From Alphaproteobacteria bacterium (lineage in GTDB: Bacteria; Pseudomonadota; Alphaproteobacteria; GCA-2731375): 64,000 nt of DNA. The stretch is taken from the NCBI GenBank assembly GCA_965232515.1, contig CBDDPY010000002.1, positions 1,504,001-1,568,000 of the forward strand. Reading direction: 5' to 3'. Under the pieces are notes generated by a model. The model had not been told where the DNA came from. It did not search any database and worked only from the letters and a program-made list of their open reading frames with translations. The stretch's first letter is position 1; every line of letters starts with the position of its first letter. Below are positions 61,259 through 64,000 of this stretch, one piece after another. A program made the translations under genes and the position numbers.

Positions 61259-63010
61259 CTATTCCGCCGATTTCAGCGATTTGAACGCCTCGCTGGGCGT
61301 TTCGCCGAATTCCTGACGGTAGAGCCTGGCGAAATAGCTGGCGCTGGAGAAGCCGGCGGCGTAGGCGATCTCGGCCACCGTCTGGTGCTGGCGCAGCCGG
61401 ATCAGGTCGCGGGCGAAGCCCAGGCGAATGGCGCGGATAAAGGCCGCCGGCGCGAGGCCGCGCGCGTCCTTCAGCCGACGGTTCAGGGTCTTCTCGCTCA
61501 GCCCCAGCGCCGCTGCCAATTCGCGAACGCCGAAGCCATCCTGGTCCACCTGGTCGAGAACGCAGTCCGTCGCCCGCGCCACGAACGCCTGCTCGGCGGG
61601 CGCCGACCCATCGGTGTCGGCGGTTTCCGCCAGGCGGGACTCGAGCGCCACGATCCGTGCGTCCGTGGCTTTCAAGGCCGCGGCATGCCGGCTTTCGGCG
61701 GCGATGACGTCGCGCCGCAGCGCCTTTGCCGCGGCGACCGCGGACCGTCGCTGCGCCTGCATCGCCTTCACCATGATCGAGATGGCGACCATCATGAAAA
61801 TCGCCTCGCCGAATACGGCGAAGTAGTAGCCGTAAGCCAGCGGACGCATGAGGATGAGCTGAAAGGCGCTGCTGGCCGCACCGATATGGATCGGGAACAG
61901 GAAGAAATAGTTGGCGACCGCCAGACCGGCGAGGAAACAGAACAGGGCCGCAGCGATCGCTTTCGCCTGCGGCAGACCGTCGCGTACCTTCTTGAGGCAA
62001 ACGACGACCAACACCAGCGAGCTGCCGAGATAGGTCAGGCGCAGCCAGACGGCGAGATCCCAGGGATCGAGCACGGCGAGGCCGGTCGTGACCAGGGTCA
62101 GACCCGAGAGCGCGACAAACAGGCCACGCCATACCGGCGGGTCGGCATGGATCCGCAATAGAACGCGGCAATATTGAATAAGCGCCAACACGCCAGCGCC
62201 GATAAAGAACAAGGCGATCCGCCCCGCCAGCGTGACCGGCAGCGTCGCGCCGCCGAAATGATGCAGCCAGCCGTCCCAAAAGAACGAGAAGGTGAACAGG
62301 CAGCCGAGATAGAGCGGGTAATAGAAATAAAGGCTGATATCGACGTGCCGGAACAGGATCAGGCTGAACAGGATGAGGGCCAGCAGGAAGCCCATATAGA
62401 CGGCCATCATGGTCAGGACCGCGGTCGACCAGGACTGGAACAGCTTTGACGTCACGATGACCGGTGTCAGGTTGGGCGAGTAGGTCCCCATGACGCGCAG
62501 GTAGAAGGTCGTTTCCTGCCCCGCCGCCACGCGCAGCGGCACGCCGGTTTTCATGGTGCCGCTCGCCCGCGCCACGACCGGCACCGTGCGGCCGTCGCGC
62601 GGCCCGGCAACGAGGCGGTCGCCGCGCTGCTCGAAGACGGCGACCTCGTCCAGGACGATTTCCTGAAAACCGACGAACCAGGTCCTGTCATCGGCGTGGC
62701 GGTTGACGACCGTGAAGCGGAACCACTGCGCCTGGCCCGGACGTGGGGCCCGGAAGATGCCGCTGCACGGTCCCGGCGCGAAATGCTGCCTCGCGATCTC
62801 GGCCGCGCCCACCGTTCCTGTCAGGTCGAGAAAATGGTCCGCCGACAACGGCCGCAACTGGTCGGCCGGGCTTTCCCCGAGCGTGTTGACCGTCGTCACC
62901 ACCACACAGCCATCCGGCACGGTGTGGGCCCGGGCGTCAGGCGACGGCACGCCCAGCGACAACAAAACCGCCAGAAGAAGCACGATCCAGGCCGTGCGCG
63001 CCTTCCCCAT
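61259..63010 (-). CDS. 7TMR-DISM sensor fused to an AraC HTH domain
   Basis: Signal peptide, extracellular WFRFTV..FYLRV domain, 7 TM helices, coiled coil, LGLSEKTLNRRLK..VAEIAYAAGFSSASYF. Confidence 0.82.
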   Translation of the reverse strand: MGKARTAWIVLLLAVLLSLGVPSPDARAHTVPDGCVVVTTVNTLGESPADQLRPLSADHFLDLTGTVGAAEIARQHFAPGPCSGIFRAPRPGQAQWFRFTVVNRHADDRTWFVGFQEIVLDEVAVFEQRGDRLVAGPRDGRTVPVVARASGTMKTGVPLRVAAGQETTFYLRVMGTYSPNLTPVIVTSKLFQSWSTAVLTMMAVYMGFLLALILFSLILFRHVDISLYFYYPLYLGCLFTFSFFWDGWLHHFGGATLPVTLAGRIALFFIGAGVLALIQYCRVLLRIHADPPVWRGLFVALSGLTLVTTGLAVLDPWDLAVWLRLTYLGSSLVLVVVCLKKVRDGLPQAKAIAAALFCFLAGLAVANYFFLFPIHIGAASSAFQLILMRPLAYGYYFAVFGEAIFMMVAISIMVKAMQAQRRSAVAAAKALRRDVIAAESRHAAALKATDARIVALESRLAETADTDGSAPAEQAFVARATDCVLDQVDQDGFGVRELAAALGLSEKTLNRRLKDARGLAPAAFIRAIRLGFARDLIRLRQHQTVAEIAYAAGFSSASYFARLYRQEFGETPSEAFKSLKSAE

Positions 63011-63195
63011 CGGACCCCGTCCCCGTCTTAACCGGCCAGATCCGAAGACCGCCACGCCGGCCGGCACGCAACAGAACATCCCCAGCGCATCCGCCTGTCA
63101 CGCGGATGCCCCCTTGCGATCTATTGAATGGCATTCTCTAGGCCATTTCCACCGACATCGGCGTGATCGGAATCACAACCGCGGTGGGCCGCCAT

Positions 63196-63237
63196 GAGCA
63201 CATATCGGACAAAATCGAGCACATAACGGACAAAATC
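63196..63237. repeat. 21-bp tandem direct repeat, candidate AraC operator
   Basis: GAGCACATATCGGACAAAATC GAGCACATAACGGACAAAATC (1 mismatch). Confidence 0.75.
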
Positions 63238-63359
63238 GCCGTCGCGCGTTTAAGTCCGCCGATCAAGCTGTTTCTACTCTCCACGCCAAACGCGCGGTGC
63301 ACCGCGCGGGGGTCGGTTGGCGCCCGACCGGATCGCGTGGACGACATCCACGCCGATCC

Positions 63360-63596
63360 GGGACGGTGCCCGCAGTCATTAACGTCGGCACCATCACCCT
63401 GGACCTCAGTGTCATCCACCTCAATACGGCGCACGCATTTGACAGCAACTCGTATGTTGTGCTCACGCCGACGGCCGTCATCACGTCGCAAGCCTTGCGG
63501 CAAGACCCGACGAACATTCCCGAGCCGGCAACCCTGCCGCTGTTCGCCGCAGGTCTGGCGGGGCTGATCCTGTACCGGCGGCGCCGAACGGTTTGA
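63360..63596 (+). pseudogene. 5'-truncated PEP-CTERM gene
   Basis: Canonical IPEPATLPLFAAGLAGLILYRRRR tail, with no signal peptide or good start in frame. Confidence 0.7.
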
Positions 63597-63605
63597 GCAC
63601 TGTTT

Positions 63606-63998
63606 CTACGGCACGACCGGCTCGCCGCGGGCCTGGCGGCGTTTGCACTGGCGAAGGTAGAAGTGGAGCTGCTCGGCGGCGAGGCCGTGCAGCATCAGGC
63701 GGAAGCCGGCCCGTAGCGTCGACAGCGGCAGAATCGGATGCTTGTTGTTTGCGAAGAACAGGTGGTAGGGGCTGCCGAGCAGGTGGCCGACATAGACGCC
63801 GATGGTCTCGTCGAGCTGCAGCGAGTTGCTGGCGCGCCAGAAATCGTTGTTGCGCAGGAAAAGCTGATAAAGCGGCGTGTAGCTCTCGACCGCCGTCTCC
63901 AGGTCGATGACGTTCAGGCGGCCGTCGGGCATGGGCTCGATCGGGAACTCAGCATCGGTGATGGCCGAGAAGTCGAGGCGCTCGGGCGGGGACAGCTC
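63606..63998 (-). CDS. Hypothetical protein, 3' part (start beyond window)
   Basis: Frame is open to the window edge (ELSPPERLDFSAITDAEFPIEPMPDG...) with strong host-like codon usage. Confidence 0.6.
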   Translation of the reverse strand, partial: ELSPPERLDFSAITDAEFPIEPMPDGRLNVIDLETAVESYTPLYQLFLRNNDFWRASNSLQLDETIGVYVGHLLGSPYHLFFANNKHPILPLSTLRAGFRLMLHGLAAEQLHFYLRQCKRRQARGEPVVP

Positions 63999-64000
63999 AC

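Overview
High-GC alphaproteobacterial chromosomal segment. It opens with core genes: ABC substrate-binding protein, aminotransferase, phaZ and a sigma54-driven glnB-glnA operon. The rest is largely accessory. (1) A 4.3-kb, mostly low-GC insert (nested IS630/IS5/IS481 debris plus a double-domain KaiC/RAD55-like ATPase and a small membrane protein) lies between ~550-bp direct repeats of a ketopantoate reductase 3' half. (2) A catabolic cluster carries three TauD-family dioxygenases. (3) An ~18.5-kb mosaic island (23.3-41.8 kb) is bounded and punctuated by decayed copies of the DUF2855 gene 3' end, tRNA-fMet 3'-end (att-like) fragments and a ~92-bp inverted-repeat element. Its core is an iterated A-B-C module of PEP-CTERM/VPLPA-CTERM-type surface-protein genes with hypervariable loops, swapped passenger domains and deletion remnants, interleaved with three paralogous AraC regulators. 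(4) A NemR-like electrophile/halogen-stress cluster is split by a block encoding a GAFTGA-less enhancer-binding protein and an amidohydrolase. (5) The window ends with regulators, a degenerate secreted cyclase-family protein, an adenylate cyclase and a 7TM-DISM-AraC sensor. I see no intact integrase, exosortase, tRNA, rRNA or CRISPR array. All calls come from reading motifs by eye; no database searches were run.
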